Assembly: GCA_965216875.1 (NCBI GenBank) | Contig: OZ244207.1 | Location: forward strand, 6,656,001-6,720,000 | Direction of reading: 5' to 3' | Origin: Rubripirellula sp. | GTDB lineage: Bacteria > Planctomycetota > Planctomycetia > Pirellulales > Pirellulaceae | Length of the DNA: 64,000 bases | In this document: positions 1 through 9,379 of the stretch, piece after piece | Numbering within the stretch: position 1 is the stretch's first letter | Layout of the letters: each line of letters begins with the position of its first letter | Made by a program: the position numbers and the translations under genes | Notes under the pieces: model-generated | What the model was told of the DNA's origin: nothing | Seen by the model: only the letters and a program-made list of their open reading frames with translations | Database searches by the model: none

Positions 1-2236
1 CGGTTTCATCGGCTGAAAATACAAAGCCAACGGTTTTGTCGATCTTGCCTTGAGCCACCTGTTTGCCGTTGACGATCAACTTGCCAACACCGCCGGCGCC
101 CGGTTCCTTGCCACCCTGGTAATCAAATTCGTAGCGGATCGTTGTCTTGCCTGGTGGCAACTTTTCCGGTCCTTCGACGGTGTAGCGTTGGCGGTCGTAC
201 CAGTTGTGCACATAGATCGGCTTGCCGTCTTTCATGTACAAACTCCACCCTGCGAAGTTGCCGCCCTGGCAAATCAAGACGCCATCACCACCCTCGGCCG
301 GGACTTCGATCTCGGCTGTGATGCTGTGCGACGCGTTCTTGATATTGATGAACGCGTTTTCCATGATCCGCGTCATGCCCGGGTAAAGCGTTAGCGATTT
401 GCGATCACCCATCAGGTCGGGGCGTCCTGCGATCGCCGCATTGAAGCGTTCGTAAACACGATCATCCAGAGGCAGAACGTTGTACTTGACCGCTTCGGTC
501 ATGAACAATTCCTGCATTTGCTGAAGCTTCTCGGGATGTTGAGCGGCCACATCGTTCGCTTGGCTGAAGTCTTTGGCCACGTGATACAGTTCCCACTTGT
601 CATCAGCCAACGCACCATCGGGAGCCGATGCCCAGGGCGTGCGGTGTTTGGCGGTCGCACACCAACCGTCGTGATAGATCGCACGGTTGCCAAACATTTC
701 AAAGTACTGCGTCGTGTGACGATCAGCACTTTTGGCGTTGTCGAAGCTGTATTTCATGCTCACGCCTTCGAACGGCTTTTGCTTGGCTCCATTGACCGAG
801 GTTGGGAATGGCAACCCGGCGGCGTCCATCACGGTTGGACCGAGGTCGACCACATGATGCCATTGGTCGCGAACTTCACCACGCGCTTTGATGCCACCAG
901 GCCAGTGAACAACCAGTGGGTTTCGTGTGCCGCCGTAGTGTGATGCGACCTGCTTGGTCCATTGAAATGGAGTGTTGCCGGCACAAGCCCAGCCAGCGTG
1001 GAAGTGGTTGTAGGCGTCTTTGCCGCCAAAATCGTCAATGCGTTTGAGCTGTTCTTCGACGGTGTCCGCCAAACCGTTCAGCACGATCATCTCGTTGAAC
1101 GTGCCCGATAAACCGCCCTCGGCGCTGCAACCGTTGTCACCCCAAACGTAAAGGAACAACGTGTTGTCCAGTTCGTCCATCTTCTCGAGTGAATCAACCA
1201 TGCGACCAATTTCGTGGTCCGTGTGAGATGCGAACGCTGCGAAGACTTCCATTTGGCGGGCGTACAGTCGTTGTTCGTCTTTTGACAAACTGTCCCAGTC
1301 TTTGATGTCGTCCGGTTTCTTGGCGAGTTCGGTTCCTTTGGGGACAACGCCCATCTCGATTTGTTTGGCAAGCGTTTGCTGGCGGTACTTGTCCCAGCCC
1401 ATATCGAACTTGCCCTTGTACTTGTCGATCCATTCCTGTGGCACTTGGTGCGGAGCATGCGTGGCGCCAGTGGCAAAGTAAACAAAGAAAGGCTTTTCCG
1501 GCGTCAACGACTTTTGGAAACGCATCCAGCGGATCGCTTCGCTCGCTAAGTCCGTCGTGACGTGGTAGTCAGGATCGTGTGGTGGTTCGATCGGCGTCAC
1601 CCCGTCATGCAGGAAAGGCGCCCATTGATTGGTTTCACCACCGATGAAGCCATAGAACTTGTCAAATCCTGAGCGTGTTGGCCAGCGATCAAACGGACCC
1701 GAGATGCTCACTTCCCAGGGTGCCGTCTCGTGGTACTTGCCAAACGCGGCGGTGCTGTAGCCATTCAAGCGAAGCATTTCGGCAACGGGCTCGACGCTCT
1801 TGGGACGACGACCTTGGTTGCCTGGAAAGGCGGTTGCGACTTCCATCACCGATCCCGCGTTCGCCGAATGGTGGTTGCGGCCAGTCAAGATGGCCATTCG
1901 AGTCGGCGAGCAAAGTGCGGTGGTGTGGAATTGGTTGTATCGCAGCCCGTTCTCAGCCAAACGGTTGAGTGTCGGTGTGGAGATCGCGCCTCCAAAACAC
2001 TCTGCCGTTCCGAAACCGATATCGTCAATCAAGACGATCACGACATTGGGGGCGCCAGCCGGTGCGTCGATCGAGAAAGCAGGCGGAGCCGTGGCGTCTC
2101 TCGCATCAAGTTCCGTGATCGGCGCCGCCACGGGGGCCTCGATGGGCAACTTGGTTCGATCGAGCGACTGTGCACTCGCCACATGACTAACGACCAACGC
2201 CAACACGCATAATGTCGTACGTACCAGCAAACTCAT
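1..2236 (-). CDS. Arylsulfatase (3' end runs off window)
   Basis: Read directly because it is absent from the ORF track. ATG at 2236 follows a GGGGGAG RBS; signal peptide MSLLVRTTLCVLALVVSHVASA, then PNVVIVLIDDIGFG and the FGly motif LCSPTRMAILTGR. Confidence 0.92.
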   Translation of the reverse strand, partial: MSLLVRTTLCVLALVVSHVASAQSLDRTKLPIEAPVAAPITELDARDATAPPAFSIDAPAGAPNVVIVLIDDIGFGTAECFGGAISTPTLNRLAENGLRYNQFHTTALCSPTRMAILTGRNHHSANAGSVMEVATAFPGNQGRRPKSVEPVAEMLRLNGYSTAAFGKYHETAPWEVSISGPFDRWPTRSGFDKFYGFIGGETNQWAPFLHDGVTPIEPPHDPDYHVTTDLASEAIRWMRFQKSLTPEKPFFVYFATGATHAPHQVPQEWIDKYKGKFDMGWDKYRQQTLAKQIEMGVVPKGTELAKKPDDIKDWDSLSKDEQRLYARQMEVFAAFASHTDHEIGRMVDSLEKMDELDNTLFLYVWGDNGCSAEGGLSGTFNEMIVLNGLADTVEEQLKRIDDFGGKDAYNHFHAGWACAGNTPFQWTKQVASHYGGTRNPLVVHWPGGIKARGEVRDQWHHVVDLGPTVMDAAGLPFPTSVNGAKQKPFEGVSMKYSFDNAKSADRHTTQYFEMFGNRAIYHDGWCATAKHRTPWASAPDGALADDKWELYHVAKDFSQANDVAAQHPEKLQQMQELFMTEAVKYNVLPLDDRVYERFNAAIAGRPDLMGDRKSLTLYPGMTRIMENAFINIKNASHSITAEIEVPAEGGDGVLICQGGNFAGWSLYMKDGKPIYVHNWYDRQRYTVEGPEKLPPGKTTIRYEFDYQGGKEPGAGGVGKLIVNGKQVAQGKIDKTVGFVFSADET

Positions 2237-2364
2237 GGCAGCTCCCCCTGTCCAATGTTGAAAAGACTTCGCGCGGCAGGCGAACAAAAAGTTGCCACGC
2301 GAACGACGCATTGTAGCTTGGCGCCAATCGCAGCGAGGCTCGTTATCGAAACTTCTTCGAAGGT

Positions 2365-2922
2365 TCATGCGCTCGCGGGAGCATCCCTGCGGTACAAAAC
2401 ATGTCGCTGAAGTGGGTGGCCCTTTGCCACAAGCGGATGGTCAAAGTCGTCCATAGGAGAATAAATCATCCCCAGCTTTTCCATCACGCGACGCGATCGC
2501 ACATTTCCTACCGTTGTCGTTGAGACAATTTGTTTCAAAGCGAGGTGCTTGAAAGCAAATTCCATCGCCGCGCTCGCACCCTCGGTTGCATAGCCGTTTC
2601 CCCAGAAGGACGCACTCAGTCGCCAGCCAATTTCGACACACGGCGTGAAGTGGGATTCGAATCGGGGAATTGCCAGTCCGATGAAACCGATAAAGGGCGT
2701 GTGGTCTTTGATTTGCACCGCCCAAAAACCAAAGCCATTGTCCGCAAAGTGCTTCTCGATGCGTTCGGCCGCCGCGTTGCTCTGGTCTGTCGTTAATGGT
2801 TCGGGGAAAAACTCCATCACGACCGGGTCTGCGTTCAACGCCGCAAACGGGATTCGATCGGCGGGTTGCCAACGCCGAAGCAACAATCGATCGGTTTCGA
2901 TCTCTTCTGGTAAAACGCCCAC
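2365..2922 (-). CDS. GNAT family N-acetyltransferase (RimJ/RimL-like)
   Basis: IETDRLLLRRW, VEIGWRL, FWGNGYATEGA and NVRSRRVMEKLGM motifs. Likely GTG start at 2922 after AGGAG; the track start of 3027 overlaps the upstream gene. Confidence 0.9.
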   Translation of the reverse strand: MGVLPEEIETDRLLLRRWQPADRIPFAALNADPVVMEFFPEPLTTDQSNAAAERIEKHFADNGFGFWAVQIKDHTPFIGFIGLAIPRFESHFTPCVEIGWRLSASFWGNGYATEGASAAMEFAFKHLALKQIVSTTTVGNVRSRRVMEKLGMIYSPMDDFDHPLVAKGHPLQRHVLYRRDAPASA

Positions 2923-2936
2923 AAGTCGGCTCCTGC

Positions 2937-3404
2937 TCAAGCGTTCTCGTCGAGTCGCGTTAAGACAATCGCAAGGTGATGGTCGAGGTGATTGACGTAA
3001 TCGGTCACCAAGAACTCGAGGGTGCATGTGTCATACGGAGTGATCGTGCAGGGCGTCGGTAGCTTCGAGTCGGGAAGATTGCGAATCAAGGTCGCCAGTT
3101 GCCGATTATAGAAATACCAAAGCTGGACGAGCGATTCCCAATCGCTTTCACGGTAGTTGGCCGCATCGACCCATTCATTTTGTTCGTATTTTGGAAAAGT
3201 CAATTCCTCGACGAATTGGGCACGCACAAAACGTTGATGGTTGTTGCACGCCGAATCGACCAAGTGACCCAAGACTTCCGCGATCGACCAGCGGCTTGGC
3301 GATGGCTTTTGACCGACCGAATGGGTGTCGAGGTCGAGAAAACGCGGCCTCCAGTCATCGACGATTCTCTCGATCGAGGATGCAGCTTGTTGTTGAATCG
3401 TCAT
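2937..3404 (-). CDS. DinB/YfiT-like putative metal-dependent protein
   Basis: WSIAEVLGHLVDS...NHQRF and C-terminal YVNHLDHHL His motif. Confidence 0.88.
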   Translation of the reverse strand: MTIQQQAASSIERIVDDWRPRFLDLDTHSVGQKPSPSRWSIAEVLGHLVDSACNNHQRFVRAQFVEELTFPKYEQNEWVDAANYRESDWESLVQLWYFYNRQLATLIRNLPDSKLPTPCTITPYDTCTLEFLVTDYVNHLDHHLAIVLTRLDENA

Positions 3405-3442
3405 GAGGCCTACGGCAGTGGGAGTATTTCGAACGGCGGTAC

Positions 3443-3650
3443 GTCGCTACGCTCGCCAGAGCGTGGTGACATTGATTAGATTCTACCGACGGAAACGACC
3501 TTCTGACGTGAGCCGAATGCGCTAGCGTCGGGCCTTGCACCCATCGTAGCTACGCTCGCCAGAGCGTGGTGAGAGTGATTAGCGGAACCACCTTCTGGCG
3601 AAGGTAGCTACGGCGAGTCACCTTGCGGCTCACCTGTGAGCCGCGAACGC
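3443..3650. repeat. Intergenic REP-like palindrome cluster
   Basis: GT(C/A)GCTACGCTCGCCAGAGCGTGG at 3443-3466 and 3546-3569; inverted variant CCACCTTCTGGCGAAGGTAGCTAC at 3588-3611; GTGAGCCG-type units at 3508-3534 and ~3623-3650. Confidence 0.8.
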
Positions 3651-3712
3651 GTCAATTGAACGTCATGCGAACGCTCGTCATGCGGAGCATGACCTACAAA
3701 GACGTATTCCCA

Positions 3713-5008
3713 TTACGCCAATTCGAGACCTCGCATCGTTCCTGTGCTGCTGGCGAAGCGGTCGGATTCAATCCCCAGTCGCTGCAACATGCTGACAAAA
3801 AGATTAGGCAGCGGATAATTGTTCGATTGATCGAACGCGAGGTGCTGGCCATGTCGGAAGCCGCCACCCGCGAGAATCACAGGTAGGTTTCGATTGTCGT
3901 GACTGCTGGCGTTGCCCATATTGCTGCCGTACATCACCATCGTGCGGTCAAGCAGGGAATCGCCCTGCTCTTTGGTCTGATCGAGTCGTTCAAGCAGCCT
4001 GGCCAACGCGCGGACATGCTCCGTTTCGATGATCGCAAGCTGCTCAATCTTCTTGGGGTTGCGTCCATGGTGTGAAACGGTGTGGTACCCTTCATCGACG
4101 CCCTCGATCGGAGGCACGATGAAAAATCCTTCCATCATGATTGTGATCAAACGGGTTGAATCGGTTTGCAGCGCAAGGCTCGTTAGGTCGAACATCAACT
4201 CGGCTCGGCCGATCACGTCGCCTTGGTCGCGAATGTCTTTAGGCGGCTTCGCGTTCACCTTGGGCTTGGGTTTTCGTTGCCAGTCCTGGCGCCGCTGCAT
4301 TTGTTGCTCGACTTCACGAACACTCGTGACATACTCGTCGAACTTTGCCCGATCACTCGGGTTCAGCTTGCGCTCGAGCGACTTTGCTTGTTGCAACACG
4401 GTGTCCATGATGCTTTCGCCGTGTCGCAGCTTTCGGACTTGCGACTCCACTTCGGCGGCGCTGCCGGTCAGAAACAGCTTGGCGAAAACTTGCGAGGGGC
4501 GCGTCGCACCCGGAATGGGAACGCCGGCGCGGGTCCACGAAAGCGTGTCGTTGCCGTTGGCGCACAAGGCAAGTGACGGGAAACGCGTTTCCCGACCAAT
4601 GTAGTCAGCGGCGTATTGGTCGAGCGAAATCGTGTTCTTGAAACTGTTTCCGCCCGGGTGCGGTGCGCAGGTCAAAAAGCTCTTCTGTGCTGGATGGCCA
4701 CCATCGACTTCGGGGTGTGAAACACCACTGAATACCGTCATCTGATCACGGAACGATTCAAGCTCTTTCAGATAACGTGACGGTTTCCAACCAAAGCCAT
4801 CTCCGTCGGGGATGAAATGGGGAAGGTGCAAGCCGAGGTTGTTGCAAATGCAGACCATTCGGCGTGGCACGTCGCCTGGTCGTTTGCCGTCGCCATCGGA
4901 TGGCTTCTTCGCTGCGGAATCGTTTGCCTTGGCCGATTCAAGCAGCGGCAACGACAGCGCAACACCAGACGCTCGTAAACACGTTCGGCGCGAAAGTGAT
5001 CGTTTCAT
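3713..5008 (-). CDS. DUF1552 (HXXSHH) domain protein, Tat-like signal
   Basis: SRRTCLRASGVALSLPLLES, ISLDQYAA, ALQTDSTR, YHTVSHH and NLPVILAGG. Start MKRSLSRR at 5008 (alternative 5029). Confidence 0.88.
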   Translation of the reverse strand: MKRSLSRRTCLRASGVALSLPLLESAKANDSAAKKPSDGDGKRPGDVPRRMVCICNNLGLHLPHFIPDGDGFGWKPSRYLKELESFRDQMTVFSGVSHPEVDGGHPAQKSFLTCAPHPGGNSFKNTISLDQYAADYIGRETRFPSLALCANGNDTLSWTRAGVPIPGATRPSQVFAKLFLTGSAAEVESQVRKLRHGESIMDTVLQQAKSLERKLNPSDRAKFDEYVTSVREVEQQMQRRQDWQRKPKPKVNAKPPKDIRDQGDVIGRAELMFDLTSLALQTDSTRLITIMMEGFFIVPPIEGVDEGYHTVSHHGRNPKKIEQLAIIETEHVRALARLLERLDQTKEQGDSLLDRTMVMYGSNMGNASSHDNRNLPVILAGGGFRHGQHLAFDQSNNYPLPNLFVSMLQRLGIESDRFASSTGTMRGLELA

Positions 5009-5030
5009 CTCAGTCTCTCGTGGTGGCATG

Positions 5031-7670
5031 TTACTTGGCGCGGAACATTTCGCTTTGAACGACGGCGTGAATGAGTGAGCGGACGCCATGTCCCGAGTCG
5101 CGTGTCTGGTCGAGTATTTGCTCGATCTCCTCACGATCGGCGAACGTGATCGGCGCTCCGGTCGCATAGACAACGAGTTTCTCAACCAAGTTTCGGGCGA
5201 TTTGATCTTCGTCTTCGAGCAGCAACCTTTTGAATTCGCGAATGTCTTGAAAACGCCGGCCGTCGGAGAACTTATCGGAGGCATCGACGGGAAGACCTTG
5301 CTTGAATTTTTTCGGCAAAGGCTGGTTGGGAAGGTAGTTGACCTTGATGTCAGCCGTTTCCGGATCGATCGCGCGATAGTGTTCGCGCCAACCGCCGATG
5401 ACGTCAAAATTCTCGAGTGCCACGCCCGGTGGGTCGATCTTGGCATGGCAGCTCGCGCAACTGGCGACCTTGCGATGTTGCTTGAGTTGTTGACGCACCG
5501 TCGTAGCACCCCGAATGTCAGGCTCGATCGCGGGGATTCCAGGCGGCGGCGGACTTGCCGGTGTTCCCATGATGCGTTCGAGAACCCAAACACCGCGTAC
5601 CACCGGCGACGTTGTTGTGCCATTGGCGGTAACCTTCAGCACGCTTGCTTGCGTCAACAAACCGCCACGTATCGAATCTTTGGGCAACGCAACTTTGCGA
5701 AAGGTCATGTTGTCAATTCCCGCGATTCCATAGTGCTCGGCGAGACGCTGATTGAGGACCAGAAAATCGGAATCGACGATGTTCCTTGTGCTTAGGTCAT
5801 GGTCGACCAGTTCGCGAAAAAAACGTTGCGTTTCTTCGGCGAGAGACCATTGCAGCACCGGATCATGTTCGGGATAGAGATCCGAATCAGGCGATGTGAA
5901 ATCGAGCTGCCGCAAGTCGAGCCATTGTCCCAAAAAGTTCTTGATGAATCGATTCGATTTGGGGTCATGAAGCATCCGTTCAACCTGTCGATGCAATTCA
6001 TCTCGGTCTTCGGACAATGCGAGGTTCTTTAATTCATCATCCGGAATGCTGTTCCACAAAAAGAAGGAGAGTCGCTCGGCAAGTGCGACGTCTGTCAGGG
6101 TTTGGGATTCGGGAGTCGATTGAGACTTTGGGAGACTCGATTGGTGATAAAGGAAGCCGGGCGATGTCAAAATGGCTTTGTAGCCTGCTCGCATTGCGGT
6201 ATGGAAATCGTCGCCATCGTCGAGCCAGCCGTGCACGAGTCGTTCAAACGGTAGCGTTTCGCTTTCTTGGATGGGACGGCGATAAGCGAGCGGCAGGAAT
6301 TGCTGTAACAGACGTGATGCATCCCCTTTGGGGTCCTGCGAAACCAACTGCATCGTTGGGTGTAGCGGGTCGCCAATTCGGGCCCGGCGATAGATTTTCT
6401 CGCCACCGGCTTCTTGTTTGGGGTCATAAACCCACTGACCGCCCGTCTCTTTGTTTCGCTTGTTTTTTGCGATTCGCGTTAGCTTTGGCTTGGCAACATC
6501 CGAAGGCGGCTGCGTCAGGTGTTCGTTGGGATCACGATTGGGTTTGGCGTCTTGAATCGGCCGGGTCTCGATGTCGCTCCAGAGTTGTTGGTGAGATTGC
6601 GGCGGCCATTGATTGATGATCGGTCCATCGACTTCGACCCACTGCACCACCACACCAGGACCCCGAAAATCCTTTTGTCGTTCTTTCAGACTTGGAATGA
6701 AACGCATGTAGGGAAGCGACGAAGGGTAGATTCGAAAGAACTGCCCGCGAACGAGCTGTTGTTCGAATTCAAAAACCTGAGGCTCTCCCGGGTAGGTGCT
6801 GACATGACCGAGTAACGTCTTGGGGACATCGTCCTTTTCGCTGTGTCCTGGACCACCCGTGCGAATCGTCAACGTGATCGGTTCTTCGCTTCGCAATGCG
6901 TAGGCCGATACGCGGACTCGGTAGGTTCCTGAATGCGGGATCGTGAAATGATCGAGAACGGCGTTGAGGTGTGCGTGCTTTTCCGGCGCAAAGAAGACCA
7001 CGCCATCAGGCAAAATGTGGAACGGCCCGCTCCGCCGATACTCCTGCATGATGCCATTGGTATCGCGGTAATCGAGCTTCCACTTCTTTCGCTCGGGCTT
7101 TTCGTAAAGCATCGTGGCTTGGTCCAAGACGCCGTCCAACGCATCAAGGTACGCTTCCATCTGAACCGACGACACATTCAGCGCCGACCCGACCGTATCG
7201 AACCCGTCTTTCTTGGCATCGGCGGGAAGCTGTTCTTGAATGCGCAGTGGAAGCTGCAACAGATCGCTGAGCGCTGTTTCGTATTCAACACGATTCAGAC
7301 GTCGGACAACACCGCGTCCCTCGCGCCGCTGAGAATCGCGGACCGCTGTTGCAATCGGATTTGAAATCGCAGCAAGGAATGCGTCTCGGTCCCCGGTCTC
7401 GAGCTCGGTGTGATCCTTCGGAGGCATTTCGCCGTTCGCCACGCGGTCGTGAATCTTGATCCATTTGCCGCGCGTCTCGGGGTCGTCGAGACGGAACGAG
7501 AGGGCATCGAGATCGAGACCTGCTTCGGCATCGGTTCCCAGGTGGCACTCGACGCAATGCGATTCAATGAATTTGTCGCGACGAAGGGGAACGCGATCAT
7601 CGGCCGCCAGCGGCGACGACAGCAGCATGACCACCAGGAGTGTCGAGAATGGTCGATCAAACGGTTTCAT
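5031..7670 (-). CDS. DUF1592/DUF1588-type planctomycete cytochrome c domain protein
   Basis: Signal peptide; CVECH and CASCH heme motifs; RRLNRVEY, LSFFLWNSIPD, TSPVVRGVWVLE and GVALENFD. Confidence 0.9.
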   Translation of the reverse strand: MKPFDRPFSTLLVVMLLSSPLAADDRVPLRRDKFIESHCVECHLGTDAEAGLDLDALSFRLDDPETRGKWIKIHDRVANGEMPPKDHTELETGDRDAFLAAISNPIATAVRDSQRREGRGVVRRLNRVEYETALSDLLQLPLRIQEQLPADAKKDGFDTVGSALNVSSVQMEAYLDALDGVLDQATMLYEKPERKKWKLDYRDTNGIMQEYRRSGPFHILPDGVVFFAPEKHAHLNAVLDHFTIPHSGTYRVRVSAYALRSEEPITLTIRTGGPGHSEKDDVPKTLLGHVSTYPGEPQVFEFEQQLVRGQFFRIYPSSLPYMRFIPSLKERQKDFRGPGVVVQWVEVDGPIINQWPPQSHQQLWSDIETRPIQDAKPNRDPNEHLTQPPSDVAKPKLTRIAKNKRNKETGGQWVYDPKQEAGGEKIYRRARIGDPLHPTMQLVSQDPKGDASRLLQQFLPLAYRRPIQESETLPFERLVHGWLDDGDDFHTAMRAGYKAILTSPGFLYHQSSLPKSQSTPESQTLTDVALAERLSFFLWNSIPDDELKNLALSEDRDELHRQVERMLHDPKSNRFIKNFLGQWLDLRQLDFTSPDSDLYPEHDPVLQWSLAEETQRFFRELVDHDLSTRNIVDSDFLVLNQRLAEHYGIAGIDNMTFRKVALPKDSIRGGLLTQASVLKVTANGTTTSPVVRGVWVLERIMGTPASPPPPGIPAIEPDIRGATTVRQQLKQHRKVASCASCHAKIDPPGVALENFDVIGGWREHYRAIDPETADIKVNYLPNQPLPKKFKQGLPVDASDKFSDGRRFQDIREFKRLLLEDEDQIARNLVEKLVVYATGAPITFADREEIEQILDQTRDSGHGVRSLIHAVVQSEMFRAK

Positions 7671-7984
7671 TTACCAGTCGGGGCGAGGAGTGTTTGCCAA
7701 ACGTTAGATTCTCGATCAGATAGCAGGCGAATGCGAATCGTTACCCGAATTATTGATCGATCGACGAATTGTAAGGACTTGAAGGCCTCACACGGAGGTC
7801 GCGCGGACCGAAAACAGGCCGGATCGCCGGAGATGTTGCGAAAACCCCGGCGGCTTCAGCGACGACGGCTCACCATCCAGTCCGCAGAGGTGTACGATTG
7901 GACCAACCAAAAACACAGCTGGGCAGGATTGGCCCCAGATTCGGAGCCTAGGCGGCGGCTCGACCACATTTCACCGGGAAACGA

Positions 7985-8365
7985 ATGCCGTTTGAAATCA
8001 CACTTGATGCAGAAGAAGATTGGGTGCGTCTCACGCCGGTGGGCGATGTCAACGTCGCCAGCATCCTTGAACTTGGTGAAGAGATCCGTCGACGTTGCGC
8101 GGATTTGGGGCTCAACACCGTCTTGCTCGATTGCGCTGGTATGACCGGGGCGCTGACGGTTGCCGAGCTCTATAGCACGACACCAAAGTTTGTGAACACC
8201 ATCGGCCCGTCGATCAGTGTGGCTTACATCAACATGCCTTCCGAGTGGTTGCCCGAAGACGACCAGTTCAGTCGCAACGTGGCCTACAACCGTGGTGGTT
8301 CGCTAGAAATGTTCTTGACCGAAGACGAAGCACTCGAATGGCTTCGTAGTCGCAGTCATCGCTGA
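7985..8365 (+). CDS. Hypothetical protein, STAS/SEC14 (SpoIIAA-like) fold
   Basis: 126 aa with VLLDC and C-terminal FLTEDEALEWL pattern. Confidence 0.65.
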   Translation: MPFEITLDAEEDWVRLTPVGDVNVASILELGEEIRRRCADLGLNTVLLDCAGMTGALTVAELYSTTPKFVNTIGPSISVAYINMPSEWLPEDDQFSRNVAYNRGGSLEMFLTEDEALEWLRSRSHR

Positions 8366-8877
8366 AGCGATTCGACCGCTATCTTCGATGGCGGCCCCAC
8401 AAAGACTGCGACATAGGCGATGGTCTCCTGCTTGCCGTGACCGACGCGGATGATACGGCGACTTCCGATTTCGAAAGGAACGAATTCGCCACGCAAGTCG
8501 GCGCCCGCGGGTGTCCAGCCATTGAGGGCAATCTCGATGTTGCCATTTTCCTTTTCACCGAGCGATCCGCCGACAGGACAGCCCCAGCCCTTTCCGTCGA
8601 CCATCGCATTCCAAACCGACACGGAATGGTTTTGGTTCGCATCAAGTTCAACCCACTCGGTAACGGCCCGCGACTGGTCGACACCACGCTTGTCTAATCG
8701 TGCTGCGATCCAAGACTCGATCGACGGCCCTTTGGTTTGCTCGGGGCCTGCTTCCGGTAGGATCACTTTCACGTAGACCGAGCCGGGAGGCTGAGGTTGG
8801 TCTCCACCGTCGTCGGACTGCGCCAAATGGGAAGTGATCATGAGGCTGCACAGAAATCCTAAAGCTCGAAAAAACAT
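8356..8877 (-). CDS. Secreted hypothetical protein
   Basis: 173-aa ORF with signal peptide (MFFRALGFLCSLMITSHLA) and GAGGA RBS upstream. Confidence 0.7.
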   Translation of the reverse strand: MFFRALGFLCSLMITSHLAQSDDGGDQPQPPGSVYVKVILPEAGPEQTKGPSIESWIAARLDKRGVDQSRAVTEWVELDANQNHSVSVWNAMVDGKGWGCPVGGSLGEKENGNIEIALNGWTPAGADLRGEFVPFEIGSRRIIRVGHGKQETIAYVAVFVGPPSKIAVESLQR

Positions 8878-8965
8878 CGATGGTTCGTCCTCGAATCCGG
8901 GGTGAGAAGAGTTGCTCAGGACACGCGATAGGAAGCCAACGAAACTCTTCAGGTTTTATTAGGGG

Positions 8966-8997
8966 CAGGCCCGGCCGCTTACGCGATCACGGCTCAG
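8966..8997. repeat. REP-like unit (GTGAGCCG-like family)
   Basis: GGCCCGGCCGCTTACGCGATCACGG is nearly the reverse complement of CCGCGATCGCGTAAGCGGCCGGGCC at ~45773-45797. Confidence 0.6.
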
Positions 8998-9083
8998 TTG
9001 TGGAATCACGATTCAAATTTGTCACGGAACGGTCGCCATAGCGTGGTGTGTGAACGTGGACGCGGCGTGGGGTGAAGCTGATT

Positions 9084-9099
9084 TGGCACACTGGATGCA
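9084..9099 (+). promoter_or_regulatory. Candidate sigma54 (-24/-12) promoter
   Basis: TGGCAC-ACTGG-ATGCA with GG-N10-GC spacing; intergenic and oriented toward the K+ channel gene. Confidence 0.5.
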
Positions 9100-9379
9100 G
9101 CTATAGAACTTGTGTGAGTGCCCCGTTCGCACCGCACCCACGAGATGGAGGCCAAGCCGAAAAACCGCGTGGTTTCAGCAGTCTATGGCGTTGATCGCAG
9201 GGATCACCTTTGATCAATCGACAAGCGTCGTTGCTTGGAAATCGGGCAACTGCGGCCGCTGGACTTGTACTTGGATCCAAAAACCAAACCCTTTTCAACT
9301 TTTTTGATGACGGCCACCGACTCTGCACCGATCGTCCTCGACCCGCGACCCTTGCGAGTTTGCAGGTGAGCGTTGGCGC

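Noticed and set aside
50..2212. Many short ORFs listed in the track
   Set aside because: They are shadows of the minus-strand arylsulfatase that runs off the window.
5009..5623. N-terminal extension of the DUF1552 ORF (636 aa in the track)
   Set aside because: It overlaps the DUF1592 gene, and the Tat-like signal begins at ~5008. Similar over-extensions were trimmed for the GNAT, transglutaminase, birA, moaA and sulfatase calls.
7410..8144. 244-aa plus-strand ORF
   Set aside because: It overlaps two better-supported genes and has an Arg-rich, non-protein-like composition.
8995..9110. c-di-AMP (ydaO) riboswitch upstream of the K+ channel
   Set aside because: Only a GGGGTGAAGC fragment resembles it; the conserved CCCGAACCCG...CAGCTAAC elements are missing. 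An Rfam scan would settle it.
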